Below are positions 48,678 to 63,757 of a stretch of 64,000 bases of DNA, piece after piece (position 1 is the first letter of the stretch; each line of letters opens with the position of its first letter). The notes below the pieces were generated by a model. It had not been told where the DNA came from, made no database searches, and was given only the letters and a program-made list of their open reading frames with translations. Location of the stretch: positions 20,646,001-20,710,000 of the forward strand of contig OZ024752.1 of the NCBI GenBank assembly GCA_964016885.1. The letters run 5' to 3'. Both the position numbers and the translations under genes were made by a program. The DNA comes from Eledone cirrhosa (lineage: Eukaryota).

Positions 48678-51600
48678 GTAAGTACATGAAATATATATAT
48701 ATACTGGGGGGTGAACTAAGTCATGGCCCTCTTAATAATTTTTTTTTTTTTTAATCTAATGTGTAATTACCAATCTGTTTATGATAAAAACTGTATAAAC
48801 ATGATATTATTTACAGTAGCAATCTAAACTATAATAAAGTAAGGAGCGCGGGAGTGCGTACGGTTTATAATTTTTTTTATCCCATTAGTAAAATAAGTTG
48901 GATTACTTTGTATAAATAATGAATGAATATTAGATAATTTATCTACTAAATTTCGTGGCTGTTGATTAAATATATTTTGTTTATTTAAAAATTCACTTCT
49001 TTAAAATTTATGAAATGCCAACACTTCCGGTTGGCCATCGCTTAAATAAACATACTAATTTTCTCCTAATGCAGTTTATATATATCGTCTTTTTTAATGT
49101 ATCCTGTATTACGTTACTGATTAAAGAAGACAGTGTAACGCAGTCTTCGTTCAATTTCTATGTATATTGTCAATTACGATTTTATTTGATGTATCATATC
49201 TACATGTATATATACCTGCGTATAATATCAATATACACACTACACATGCTAGCAGAAAACCACCTGAAGGGTGGTTTTTCTGCTAGCATGTGTATTACTG
49301 GTACTTTATTTTATCGACCCCGTAAGGATGAAAGGCAAAGTCAACCTCGGCGGGATTTGAACTCTGAACATAAAGGGCCGTAATTCTTTGCTGCAAAGCA
49401 TGTTGTCTGACCCTCTAGTGATACTGCCAATAGTAATAATAATTGTTTCTACTTTAGGCACAAGGCCAGCAATTACCCAGTGCATTACTGGTACTTTATT
49501 TTATCGACCCCGTAAGGATAATGACGGCAATAATTAAAAAAACAAGGGAAACAAAACGAAAGAAAGAATAGGGAAGTATAGAGAAAAAAGAGAGAAAGAA
49601 AGAAGATAAAGAACGGGGAGGGGATGGCAAGACCTCTGGTGTCGCAGAAGGGAGAGGAGAGTGATTGGGTCTAGGGCAACAGGACAGAAGTGCTGCCCCA
49701 AACTACCAAAACACATCTATTTGTATATACGTTACAGTTTATGTACATGTTATATTTATCGCATATCGAAGTTTTTTTATATCTTCGTTGAAAATAACAG
49801 CTAAACTAACCACTACAACTAAATTGACCAAATTTGCACACTTACCCACCTCCCAATTCAGAAATGTTGCCACCGCCCCTGATATATATCATCATCATCA
49901 TACGTCCGCTTTCCCTGCTTGCAAATATATATATATATATATATATATTAAAATATAAATATTAATAAAATAGATGTTCTTTTGATCAATTACATTTTAT
50001 TATACATATTTCGGATGTACAATAGTACGTCCTCATCAGACAAAATATAATGTATTAAAATTGCAGACAAAATAATTTTTTGTTCACCATTACTGAGAAC
50101 AATTTTTTCACCGAATAAATAATTTTTATTCTTTTGACACAATGCCACCAATTTGAAGGGAAGATGAGAAAGTTAAATAAATTGTGTTACTGGTACTTTA
50201 TTTTATCGACCCTGTAATGATGAAAGACAAAGCTAACCTCAACAGAATTTTAACTCAAATAAAATAATACGAAATCCAATCAAGTAATAAAAACATTGGA
50301 TATTGTGAATCGGTCCAACTAATAGTAGCATTAAAATTGGAAGGAATTTAGATCAAGTGAGCTGAACTAGGAATTGAAAGCTGGTCATCAGTGTGCCAAT
50401 ATATGTGTATGTGTAAATGCATACACATATGTGACTGCGGGAGAAATAAATATTCTCCTGGATAGGACAGCTATATATCCCAGATGATCTGGTATCTATA
50501 AAACAGACATTAAAATTGAAATCAATATACATGAAGTGAGCTCAACTAGGAATAGAAACTTGGTCATCTACCTTCACTCTATGTTACTCTCTTTATAAAC
50601 TGGAGACAATGGGAGAATATGGAACAATTGATATTCTGATGTGTGAGGTTGTGTGTGTGAGAGAGTTAATGATTTATTAATGTGTGTGTGTGTGAGAAAA
50701 AAAGAGTTAATGATTTATTAATGTGTGTGTAATTGTGTATCAGTGTGCCAACATATATGTATGTGTAAATGCATACACATATGTATACATGTACTAAATC
50801 ATAAAATAATTCTTATATTTATGACATTATTGCATGTGTAAAGTAATTCTCTACATTCGAGACTGGGCATGTGTGTATCAATATATATTTGTATAAATTT
50901 GTTGATATACAGACACATAGTGTGTATGTTTGTGTCTACATAAATACACATATGTATATAAATGTATTTGCATACATATACACATACACACACATAAATA
51001 TGTATGTGCGTGTCTGTTTATATATATACTAGCAGTGTATCCCGGCGTTGCACGGGTAAGAACATTGGTAATAGCACCTCCAATGAGAAACGTTTATTTG
51101 TGAGTGCCTGTTAAAAACTCACGAAAATATACTGACAGGAAACTTGTTTAATTTGGGGAAAATTAAGAAGTTGAAAGTACAGTTTAGCTGCCTACGTGCA
51201 TTGTTCATAGAAATATTGTTGAGCCTCTTCTTTTCCTACTCCTTCTGTGACAGTTGTCCCCCGGCGTTTCCACTCTGTTTTGGCCTATTGGAGTAAATGT
51301 GAAAGAGAAAGTCACAGGTTAAGTTGGCAGAAGGTTCCAGTGTCATAGTAGTAAGGCGTAGGCTACTTACCTCAAAAGTTCATTCGCACTCTTTCCACTA
51401 AGTTACTCTTTCTCTCTATCTCTCTCAGTGAATTTCTCGCGTAGGCCTGGTGTAGATTTACACCCAATCCATCTGCCCGATGCACATGTTCGCTTTGTAC
51501 GGCCTTTGGAGGAAGGAGTGACCAGCAGTACGTTGTTCGGTATTATTACGAAAAGGTGTAGCAGAGAATCCCGCGTGAACTAACAGCTCGGGAGGAAACT

Positions 51601-54483
51601 GCTTACCTCGAAGATTCATTTGCCATCGTTCTTGTCAATGTTCCATTTAGTTGGTATTTGTTGGTCTACAGTTAGATGAATGGCGCACAAAGGGTTAATG
51701 TTTATTGGCAAGAAGTGGCAACTGGGCTGGCTTGCCTCGCTTATATTATATATTAAAATAACAGATTAAAGTTTAAGCAAAGAATCGCTGCTTTCACCCT
51801 TAACGGGATCTGAAACTAAAAAAATCAATCGGTGAACGCAGAAGTAAATATTTCGAAAAACATTGCAACCAAAGGAAAACAGGAAGACGATACTTTGGTT
51901 CGTGAAGACGTTCCCTGGCAATGAACGGAAAATAGCGAATGTAATATGTCAGCAATGACGTGTTTGTAATAATGTCGTAATGCAGGCAGCCAGACATACA
52001 GACAGATATTATAAGGGCTCAACGGAGATCGATAACCGGCGCCTAACACCCCTTTAACAACAGAAAATTGAAAAATAAAAGCTGTAGTTAATATCTTTAG
52101 ACCGCAAGGAATAAATAAATGCAAGTTTGAATTCAATCGGAGTAGAAATGTGGATTTGTATAGACTTTGCCAAAATGAGGACACACACACAGACAACAAC
52201 AGTTTTATATATATGTATATATGTGTGTGTGTAATCATGTTTAAACATGTATCTGTATCTGTGTATAACTATGTCACAACAAACTGGCAACTCACATGAG
52301 AAATAATGTATCCCACATACAACTTGCTTTCAATAAACCCCACTGACACTATAAAGGCAGCTCTACCAAGCTTAAGATGCCCTAGAAATGCTGTATATCA
52401 ATACAATGCCCCCATACTCACCCTACATACACACACACACAGAGGAACATACCATTATCTCAACCTTATTCACCCTACATACAAACACCTATAATCATAC
52501 CCCCTCACACACACACACAATTATTTCAACCATACTCACCCTACATATACACAGATCTAATCACAGACACTCATACATCACATTATCTCAACCTTAACAG
52601 TTTATTTTTACAGAGACGCCGTGTTCACTTGACCCCAGAACAAACCAGTGACTTCTATAGTGAACATTTTGGTAAGATGTTCTTCGCTAGACTGGTGCAA
52701 TATATGAGTTCTGGACCCATTATTTGTATTATATTGGCACGAGAAAATGCTGTCACTGTTTGGGAAGAACTGATGGGGCCTACAAACACAATAAAAGCAA
52801 AAGAAAGCTATCCAGACAGGTAGAAATCATTATTATTATTATTGCTATTGATTCTTCGCTCAGCTTCTATTACTGGAGATGCATTACAGTGTTAGCTGTT
52901 CACTACCAGTGAACTGAGCTAACACCCCTTATTTTTCAAGTACCCTCCGGAGTACTGTTTTTGTAATTGTTCCATCCATATTGCAATCCCTATTTGTTTG
53001 ATGTACTTCTCAAAATCTCCACTCACGGTTCCCAAGGCGCCAACTACTATTGGTATTACCACCAACTTTTTCAGTGACCACAACTGCTTAACCTCCCAAG
53101 CTAGCCTGTCATGACTATGAATTTCTTTATTTCTTTATCGAATACCATGTTATCAGCTGGACAGGCTATATCTATGAGCCAAGACTGTTTGCTTTCTAAA
53201 CCAAATATCATTAAAAATTAGGTAACAAAACCCAAAATGCTGGGACCTTATTTTTCTGTTTATTATTGTTTTTCAAAATTGGGATGTATCCTTGAAGGCG
53301 AAGCATCTTCGATGATGGGAAGTACGGTGTGTTTGTTTTTTTGAAAAACCATTTTCTTTCTGTTTGGAACTATGTATGATAATCACAGAACTATTTCTTA
53401 TCCCCCAGTCTCCGTGCTATTTATGGTGTAGATGATATGCAAAATGCTGTCCATGGCAGCGAGAATGTTATATGTGCTGAGAAAGAAATTAAATTCTTTT
53501 TCCCAGATAGTAAGTTTAATTTTGTGTTTATTTTTGTTTTCCCTTGTGTGAGGTGTGCCTGTAAGGGGTATGGACATTATCAATTCATCTTGCACCACTG
53601 TAAAAATATGTCTTTCTTTCCAAATTCATTCTCGGCACTCCTCTCACCCACCCACTTTCATCATTCCTCAGCACATGACCTAACCATCTCATTCCTCTTC
53701 ACAACATTCATCACCAACTCTACTCCCATCACTCCTCTTGCCTTCATCTTTTCTCAACACATGACCTAACCATCTCATTCCATTTCTCTTCACAACATTC
53801 ATCATTGGTTCCATTCCCATCACTCCTTCCAACCACTCACTCTCATCTTTCCTCAGCACATGGGACTTGTGTGTCTTCTAGATTGCCAGTTATAAATATG
53901 AAATTTTTCTGCAGATGTTCCCGACACTTTGTTGTCTCCCGATGCAATGAATACTTATATGGCAACATATATAAACCCAACCTTATTGAAAGGAATAACA
54001 CAGTTGTGTAAGGTGAAACCTCTTGATCCTGTTGTAAGTAGCATTTTAATCTTTCTCATTACTATAATACACGTTTCTGCATAGAACAATAAAAAAAAAA
54101 CCCAGAAGTTAGCCATAGGTAGATAGTTCATTGTTTTATGATCATTTCAGAGGGTTGATTGATGTATCAACTAGTAAGGTAGTGGTTAAGTTACTACCTA
54201 TTTCTAGTCTCAAAATCCCTGTTCAATCACTTGATAGTTTAGTGTTTCTGAAGATATTTAGCCTAGTCTGCCATGGTTTATTAGCTTTATACGGTCGTTT
54301 AAATTGATTAAATGAATAGATAAATGACCAATATATTTAGTCAACATCTTTTACTATTTCTGCTTATTATGATAATGAAACAATGTATTTCACTAATTTT
54401 ATTTAAATAATTCATTTCAGACATGGCTTGCCGACTGGCTCACTGAGAACAATCTCAATAAACCAAAAGTGAAATACAATTAA
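48543..54483 (+). CDS. NME5: Nucleoside diphosphate kinase homolog 5 (NDK domain + C-terminal Dpy-30-like domain; radial-spoke protein), 207 aa
   Basis: Exons 48543-48677, 52614-52819, 53409-53509, 53915-54033, 54421-54483, all GT-AG, 624 nt. Motifs EKTLAIIKPD, FYSEHFGKMFF, YMSSGP, NAVHGS, YINPTLLKGITQLCKVKPLDPVTWLADWL. Confidence 0.95.
49989..50051 (-). ncRNA. Minimal type I hammerhead ribozyme motif, same family as 3237/3402
   Basis: ATTATATTTTGT-CTGATGA-GGACGTAC-tatt-GTACATCC-GAAA-TATGTA-TA-ATAAAATGTAAT. Confidence 0.7.
51029..52215 (-). mobile_element. Non-autonomous Helitron-type element in NME5 intron 1
   Basis: CTAG + CCCGGCGTTGCACGGG hairpin terminus; other end ACAGAC...GTTTTATATATAT; shares CAGACAGATATTATAAGGGC with the other copies. 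Confidence 0.75.
52614..52819 (+). CDS. NME5: NME5 coding exon 2
   Basis: tttttacag acceptor; RRRVHLTPEQTSDFYSEH...YPD; gtagaa donor. Confidence 0.93.
52830..53205 (-). mobile_element. R4/Dong-like non-LTR retrotransposon 3' fragment (restriction-like endonuclease)
   Basis: Minus strand translates WLIDIACPAD...LAWEVKQLWSLKKLVVIPIVVGALGTV; ends in (TAA)n. Confidence 0.75.
53409..53509 (+). CDS. NME5: NME5 coding exon 3
   Basis: cccccag acceptor; LRAIYGVDDMQNAVHGS (NDK histidine motif); gtaagt donor. Confidence 0.93.
53915..54033 (+). CDS. NME5: NME5 coding exon 4
   Basis: tttttctgcag acceptor; Dpy-30-like YINPTLLKGITQLCKVKP; gtaagt donor. Confidence 0.9.
54421..54483 (+). CDS. NME5: NME5 terminal coding exon
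   Basis: catttcag acceptor; TWLADWLTENNLNKPKVKYN*; AATAAA at 54492-54497. Confidence 0.9.
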   Translation, partial: TWLADWLTENNLNKPKVKYN

Positions 54484-54491
54484 CAAACAAA

Positions 54492-54497
54492 AATAAA
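54492..54497 (+). terminator. Candidate polyadenylation signal of NME5
   Basis: AATAAA 8 nt after the stop codon, followed by T-rich sequence. Confidence 0.5.
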
Positions 54498-56739
54498 CAT
54501 TTCATTGACTCTGGTTTATTTATTTATTTTTCTCCCTCAAAATAGCCACAGCAGTCAGTCCTCTGTTGTAAAAGAGTGATAAGGTCATGGGTCTGAAATT
54601 ATCAGTGAAGGGGCTCATCAGTTCATATCTTCTCACCATCATCACTGCATATTTAGCCCATTACCATATTTCTAACAAACAACACTGCCTATGTGTTTCA
54701 GTTAGTTTTGAAAATAATCAAATATTGGGATTAATTTAATAAAATAACCAACTTTTTCATATTAGTAAGCTGATATTCATTACTTAATGAAAATATAATT
54801 AATATTCTATATTTTAATTAATAAAAAATTTGTAAGGATTTACTAAAATTATTAGTGATTTCATTATTAAGATGGCATTTACAACATAAATTACCAAAAG
54901 GTCCATATACAAAATAGTGTTGGAAGGTTTTAATATAAAAAGAAATTCTTTAAAATGGTTTCAAAGAACCTGAGTCAGGGTAAATTGGTCTCAAAAGTGA
55001 TGACAAAAAAAAACAACAACAAAAATTGCCTGAAAAATAACTTTATATAAGTTTCATATAGAAGTTTAATGTCAAGTAACACAAGGGCAAATTCAGTGAC
55101 TGTAAATGTTTAAAATGTTCAATCCTTGCCATAGACTTTGTCGTGTTGATAACATTAAATTATATTCAAATATTTGCCTCGGCTTGTTATCTTACTGTAG
55201 GCACCACTTCTACTTCAGAATTGTGGAGGTACATGGCTTAGTGGTTAGGGCATTCAACCTCATTATTGTAAGCTTGTGTGTTTAATCCCTGGTGGTATGA
55301 TGTGCCTTTACACGGCATACTTTGTTTCACATTGGTTTAGCCCATTCAGCTGACAAAAGTGAGATGTACCTGTATTTCAAAAGGCCAGCTTTGAAAAACA
55401 CATACAGACACTGTGTCATGCTGAATCTCCCTGAGAATGACGTTAGGGATCCTCAACTGTAGAATATTCAGCCACTTGCACAATAATTTCACAAGCAGGC
55501 TGTTCTGTTGTTTGAAGAATTGGAACACATCTCTGGAACCAATGGAGGCCCAACACAGGCACACTCGCTCTCTTTCACTCATTACAAATAGTTGAGTTAG
55601 GGTTTTAGCAAGTGGGAAAAGAAACAACAGTCAATTTGTAAAGATACTTCAAAGCTTCCCGAAATTCACCTACATTACACCTGATATTCTCCCTCCATAC
55701 ACATGCATGCATGTATGTATCTGAGTGTATATCATGACTCCTACATTGTTCACTTTCCTGACATTTGTACATTATTCTATGTACTATACATACACCTTTG
55801 AAGAGTTGTAGTGCATCCGAGCACTGTACACAATAATTTTCATTATTATTTATTATAAAACACCAAAGATTACATCAGTAAATACTCAAAATTTCAAAAC
55901 CATCTCATACATGTTAACATGAAAAATAATGGAAAGCAGTTTATAATAAATAAATAAATAAAAAAAAAAAAAAAAAAAAAAAAGGATTTATATTCCATTT
56001 CTCTCTAGTTTAAAAATGAAAATACATAAATACTTCAAGGAATATTGTCCCTCAGGGTTCCTGGGTGTCTTTAATGCCTGGTTTTCTTTCCATTCACAAT
56101 TCTCTAATAGATACTGATCTGCAGTTATACGTACTAGGCATTAAAGCTTCCTTCGGTCAATACTGACTATGGATTTGCACTTGGCAAGTTACTCTCCTGG
56201 GCAAAACGTTTTTGAAGACCAGCATTCACCTATATATGTCAGTCTCCCCCTTTCTACACCATCAATGTTCAAGGGAAAGGCATAAAACTGATACAACTTA
56301 GCACCAATGTTGCTGCAACACATTTTACACCCAGTTGTATGAAGTGGGGCAATGTGAAAAAGTCTCTTGCTCAAGGATATAATGTGTTGCTCGATCTGGA
56401 AACAGAACTCATGACCTTACAATCATGGGCCAAATCCCTAATATTTACACCAACTACATCAATATCATCAGCCTAGGGGGTGAGGGGTAGGATTGATTTC
56501 TCTCTATTTATAGTTTACATCACTTCCAACCTACTAGTAACATGGTAAGAAGAACACTTTATTTGGAGCAACTGATTTCACAGAGTTTGTTAACCTAATA
56601 GACTGAAATAAACCAAGTTTAGTACCTTGTCCAAGATTATAACACAATGGTTATAGTACAGCTTGAACAGAGTTAGTAGCCTACCAACTCTAGTCAATGT
56701 GTGATTTATTTCTTTATTATTCTGATGCCACAATGAAAA

Positions 56740-57050
56740 TCACCCAGTCCACACTATAAAGTGGCAGTTCTGGTGCCATGACAAAAAGCACCCAGTCTAT
56801 GCTGTAAAGTGGTAGTGCTAGTGCCATTACAAAATGCACCTAGCCCAACCTGTAAGGTGGTAGTGCTGGAGTCACAATAAAATGTTCCCAGTCTATGCTG
56901 TAAAGTGGTTGGTGTTAGGAAGGGCATCCTGCTATAGAAACCAAGCCCAAAATGTACTATATAAACAAGACATGGTCACCTGACTGTTTAGCCTCAGAAT
57001 TTGACAACCTGTGAAACCCATGCAAGCATGAAAAATGGACATTAAATGAG
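56740..57050 (+). repeat. RTE/SINE-derived module with tandemly amplified ~44-bp unit
   Basis: Four copies of CACCCAGTCTATGCTGTAAAGTGG followed by GTTAGGAAGGGCATCC and an RTE-like tail. Confidence 0.7.
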
Positions 57051-58878
57051 GATTTGCCATTTTTGCAATCCATTCTTCAAAAAAAGAAAAAAAAAAGTGG
57101 GAGATGGATGACTTTTTTTTTTTTTTTTTATGAGATTAAGATACTTGTACAACAATTATAAATTACAGCAACTCTTTGTTTATTCTAATTGAAAACAGTT
57201 TACAATTCCTCTGTTGATGGTCGAGTCAGGCAGAGTAAATGTTTTCAAGGACCCAGTCTATGCTGTAAAGTGCTCGAGCCATAATGAACTTAAGATTAAT
57301 TATAGCTCAGTAATATAACTATACACTCACTGCCACCTGTTGTACACCATGTTGAAACAAATAAGAATTGGTGGGGCAGAGCAGGTAAAGTGAGGTATGG
57401 CCATATCTAAAGTCTGTCTCAAGCCCAGAAGCTCAACAGGCTGCTGCTTATCCTGGTTTCCATGGTGTTAAATGACAGAGTACAAGACTTGGTCCTGGAC
57501 AGGTCACCTGTCCACCGCAGGGTAAAACACCTAGCTATTATTGGCACTCATTTTCAGCCGAGTATAGGGGAGCAACATGAAATGAAGTGTTTTGCTCAAC
57601 AACACAACACAACACAGTCCAGGAATTGAACCCACATTATGATTGTAAATCCAACACACCTCTAGTCTATGCACCTCCACATGTATTACAGACAAAATAT
57701 ATATAACTAATATTAAACATTATTCATCAAAAGTTTTATTTTAAAACACCATAATATACTTAAACCAGTATCTGCTTATCATAAAATACAGCTTCTGCAG
57801 TGTAATATTCATTGTTTAAATTCATCACCTATAATAAAATCCTTGGTAACTACAGTTTAATATTGCTTTTGGAATATTTATTTTTACCATTAGTAAATGT
57901 ATTTCTGTCTTAAACATACCATAATACTTTTAAATAACAACAGGCTCAATTCTTTTTTTTTAAATAATTGGATGATTACTGTTAATTCTTAGCAAGGATC
58001 AAATATACAGTGGTTAAAACATGATTTGAGCTATCACTTATACCACTGAAACTTAAGAGACTGTGGATAAATTGTTTGAGCCTTTCCTAATATAAATCTA
58101 TTTACAGAGAAAGGTGTTAAGATCAGAAAGGATAAAACCTAATAGTTTTATTCACTCTAGAAGTCTATCGGTACTAAAGTGATACTTCCAATTGCTGCTG
58201 TTAGTAGATTAGTCAAATAATTCTCTCAGGTAGATCCTCCAGTCTTTCAGAAGTAACATTCCCAGATTCCCAGCAGCTAAGTGAACTTAGACAATGTAAA
58301 TTGAAGTGTTCTGACCAGATATATAACAAACCACCTTTAGCAGATTTGAACTAATGATCTAAGAACACATAATCCAATAACTTATCCCCTTGAGCATCTG
58401 ATTTCTAAAGGAAGAAACAGTGATATAAATATTGGTGGGTAGGGGTCTATTTAATGACCTAGATCTAGTTAGTTTCCTGGTGTTAAGCAGATGAAAAACA
58501 AATTTTCAACAGGAATTAAATGCCAGTCTATCACATCTGACCTTCCACAGATGATCTATGGAAGGTCAGATGTGATAGACAGCTATGGAGAACTGAGGTA
58601 ATGTACAATAAAGCTCCATGCTCAGAAATATGCTGAAATACCTGCAGTGAATTCTAACTCACAATCCTTCAAATGATAAAGCAATAAAAATATTCACTGG
58701 TCAATGTCAGGAGGAATTAGCATCAACTCATTTTCCTCAGTAATGTTACACAAAAGCAAGTTGGGATTAGGGCACATAATCAAATATCAATGGATTTAAA
58801 AGGTTCTGGTCACTTATGGACTTCTGGTCGTGCTGTCCATGAAGTCCAGACAGGGAGGAGAAATTTGGAGTTGATTAA

Positions 58879-59086
58879 CCCTTTAGCATTTAAACCAGCC
58901 GTCTCTGGCCAAAATTCTTTCACCTCTTTCTATTCAAACCGGCTGTAACTGGTCACTCATACTCATGTTAAGGTATTGTTCTCAAAATAATTAATATCAA
59001 AATCTCATAGATTCGATATTATGTAAGATAAAGCCTTTACCCCCAAAATACAATAGTAAATATAAAGTAATGTAAATGGTAAAGAG
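58879..59086. mobile_element. piggyBac-type MITE (uninterrupted copy)
   Basis: TTAA flanks; TIR CCCTTTAGCATTTA / TAAATGGTAAAGAG. Confidence 0.75.
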
Positions 59087-59369
59087 TTAAGTTTTATTAA
59101 AATCCCACAAATAATTCCTAATGAATAAATACTTAAACAAAGGTATTCGGATTAGATAGAGGGGGGGGGGGGGGTGATTAAACATGAAGCCTGTTCATTA
59201 GTAAGGGTCATACATGGTCCTTTGACTTTGCCAGCTGCATTGAGAGAAGAAAGGGATACATAAGGGGGGAGTGGTGAAAAGAAAGCTAAAAGGTTGGAAG
59301 TTCAGCAGATGATGAATTCAAGATGATGCAATTATAGCATGTTTATCACACACACACACACACAATTAT

Positions 59370-59465
59370 AGATATATGTATGTTTATATATATATATATA
59401 TATACAAATATATATATACATACAAATATATATATATATATACACAAATATATATATACATACAA

Positions 59466-59496
<31 letters not shown>

Positions 59497-59597
59497 CATA
59501 TACAAATATATATATACACAAATATATATATATATATACATACAAATATATATATATATATACATATATATATACATACAAATATATATATACACAA

Positions 59598-59630
<33 letters not shown>

Positions 59631-59887
59631 CAAATATATATATATACATATATATATACATACAAATATATATATACATACAAATATATATATACACAAA
59701 TATATATATATATATACATACAAATATATATATACACAAATATATATATACATATACATATATATACACACATATATATATATACAAATATATATATATA
59801 CATATATATATACACACATATATATATACATATATATATATACACACATATATATATACATATATATATATACACACATATATATAC

Positions 59888-59936
<49 letters not shown>

Positions 59937-60013
59937 CATATACATATATACATATACATATATACATATACATATATACATATACATATATACATATACA
60001 TATATACATATAC

Positions 60014-60044
<31 letters not shown>

Positions 60045-60251
60045 CATATATACATATATACATATATATATATATACATATATACATATATACATATATA
60101 TATATATACATATATACATATACATATATACATATACATATATACATATACATATATACATATACATATATACATATATATATATACATATACATATATA
60201 CATATATATATACATATATATATACATATATATATATACATATATATATAC

Positions 60252-60306
<55 letters not shown>

Positions 60307-60317
60307 CATATATATAC

Positions 60318-60348
<31 letters not shown>

Positions 60349-60401
60349 CATATATACATATATATATATATATACATATATATATACATATATATATATA
60401 C

Positions 60402-60436
<35 letters not shown>

Positions 60437-60680
60437 CATATATACATATATATATATATATACATATATACATATATATATACATATATATACATATATA
60501 CATATATATACATATATACATATATATATACATATATATACATATATACATATATATAAACATATATATACATATATACATATATACATATATATACATA
60601 TACATATATATATATATATACTATATACATATAAATATATACGTATATACATATATATATACATATATACATATATACAT

Positions 60681-60713
<33 letters not shown>

Positions 60714-61263
60714 TATATATACATATACATATATATACATATATACATATATATATATACATATATACATATATATATACATATACATATACATATAATA
60801 TACATATATATATATACATATATATATACATACATACATATATATATACATATATATATATACATACATATATATATACATATACATATATATACATAAT
60901 ATATATACAATATACATATATATATACATATATATATACATATACATATATATACATATACATATAACATATATATACATATACATATATATATACATAT
61001 ACATATATATATACATATAATATACATATACATATATATATACATATACATATATATATACATATACATATATATATACATATACATTATATATACATAT
61101 ACATATATATAACATATACATATATATATACATATATATATACATATACATATATATATACATATACTTATACATATACATATATATATACATATACATT
61201 AGTAATAATTTACATATATGTACCTATATATATACATATACATATATATATACATATACATAT

Positions 61264-61297
<34 letters not shown>

Positions 61298-61383
61298 ATA
61301 CATATACATACATACATATACATATATATACATATACATATATATACATATACATATATATATATATACATATATATATATAC

Positions 61384-61430
<47 letters not shown>

Positions 61431-61481
61431 CATATATATACATATATATATATATACATATATATACATATATATATATAT

Positions 61482-61512
<31 letters not shown>

Positions 61513-61887
61513 CATATATACATATATTCATATATATATATATACATATATATACAAATATATATATATATACAAATATATATATATCTATACAAATATA
61601 TATACATCTATACAAATATATATACATCTATACAAATATATATATACACATATATATATATATAACCAAATATATATACACAAATATATATATATATACA
61701 AATATATATTTTTATATGTGTATATATATTTGTATATATATATATATATATATATACATATATATTTGTATATGTATATATATATATATATTTGTATATA
61801 TTTGTATATATATGTATATATATATATACACAAATATATATATACACAAATATATATATATATACAAATATACATATATATATACAA

Positions 61888-61938
<51 letters not shown>

Positions 61939-62059
61939 CACAAATATATATATATATATACAAATATATATATATATATACATATATATACATATATATA
62001 TATATACAAATATATATATATATATACAAATATATATATATACAAATATATATATATAC

Positions 62060-62096
<37 letters not shown>

Positions 62097-62120
62097 ACAT
62101 ATACATATATATATACAAAT

Positions 62121-62154
<34 letters not shown>

Positions 62155-63720
62155 ATACAAATATATATATATATATATACAAATATATATATATACACAA
62201 ATATATATACAAATATATATACAAATATATATATATACATATATATATATACACAAATATATATACAAATATATATATACATATAGAAATATAAATACAT
62301 ATATATATACATATATATATACATACAAATATATATATATACACATACAAATATATATATATACATATACAAATATATATATATACATATACAAATATAT
62401 ATATATACATATACAAATATATATATATATACAAATATATATATACAAATATATATATATACAAATATATATATATATACAAATATATATATATATACAA
62501 ATATATATATATATATATACAAATATATATATTATATATATACAAATATATATATATACAAATATATATATATATATACAAATATATATATATATATATA
62601 TACAAATATATATATATATATATATACAAATATATATATATATATATACAAATATATATATATATATATATACAAATATATATATATATATATACAAATA
62701 TATATATATATATATATACAAATATATATATATATATATACAAATATATATATATATATATACAAATATATATATATATACAAATATATATATATATATA
62801 TACAAATATATATATATATATATATACAAATATTTATATATATATACAAATATATATATATATATATACAAATATATATATATATATATACAAATATATA
62901 TATATATATATACAAATATATATATATATATATACAAATATATATATATATATACAAATATATATATATATATATATATACAAATATATATATATATATA
63001 TATACAAATATATATATATATATATACAATATATATATATATATATACAAATATATATATATATATATACAAATATATATATATATATATATACAAATAT
63101 ATATATATATATATACAAATATATATATATATATATACAAATATATATATATATATATACAAATATATATATATATATATACATACAAATATATATATAT
63201 ATATACAATATATATATATATATACAAATATATATATATATATATACAAATATATATATATATATATACTACAAATATATATATATATATATACAAATAT
63301 ATATATATATATATATACAAATATATATATATATATATATACAAATATATATATATATATATATATATACAAATATATATATATATATATATATATACAA
63401 TATATATATATATATATATACAAATATATATATATATATATATACAAATATATATATATATATATATATACAAATATATATAATAATATATACAAATATA
63501 TATATATATATATATACACAAATATATATATATACATATATAATATATACAAATATATATATATACAAATATATATATATACAAATATATATATATATAC
63601 AAATATATATATATATACAAATATATATATATACACAAATATATATATATACACAAATATATATATATACACAAATATATATATATATACAAATATATAT
63701 ATACAAATATATATATATAC

Positions 63721-63757
<37 letters not shown>

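Noticed and set aside
49667-49680. Second X-box candidate GGGTCTAGGGCAAC
   Set aside because: Only one half-site matches and it is >1 kb inside the intron
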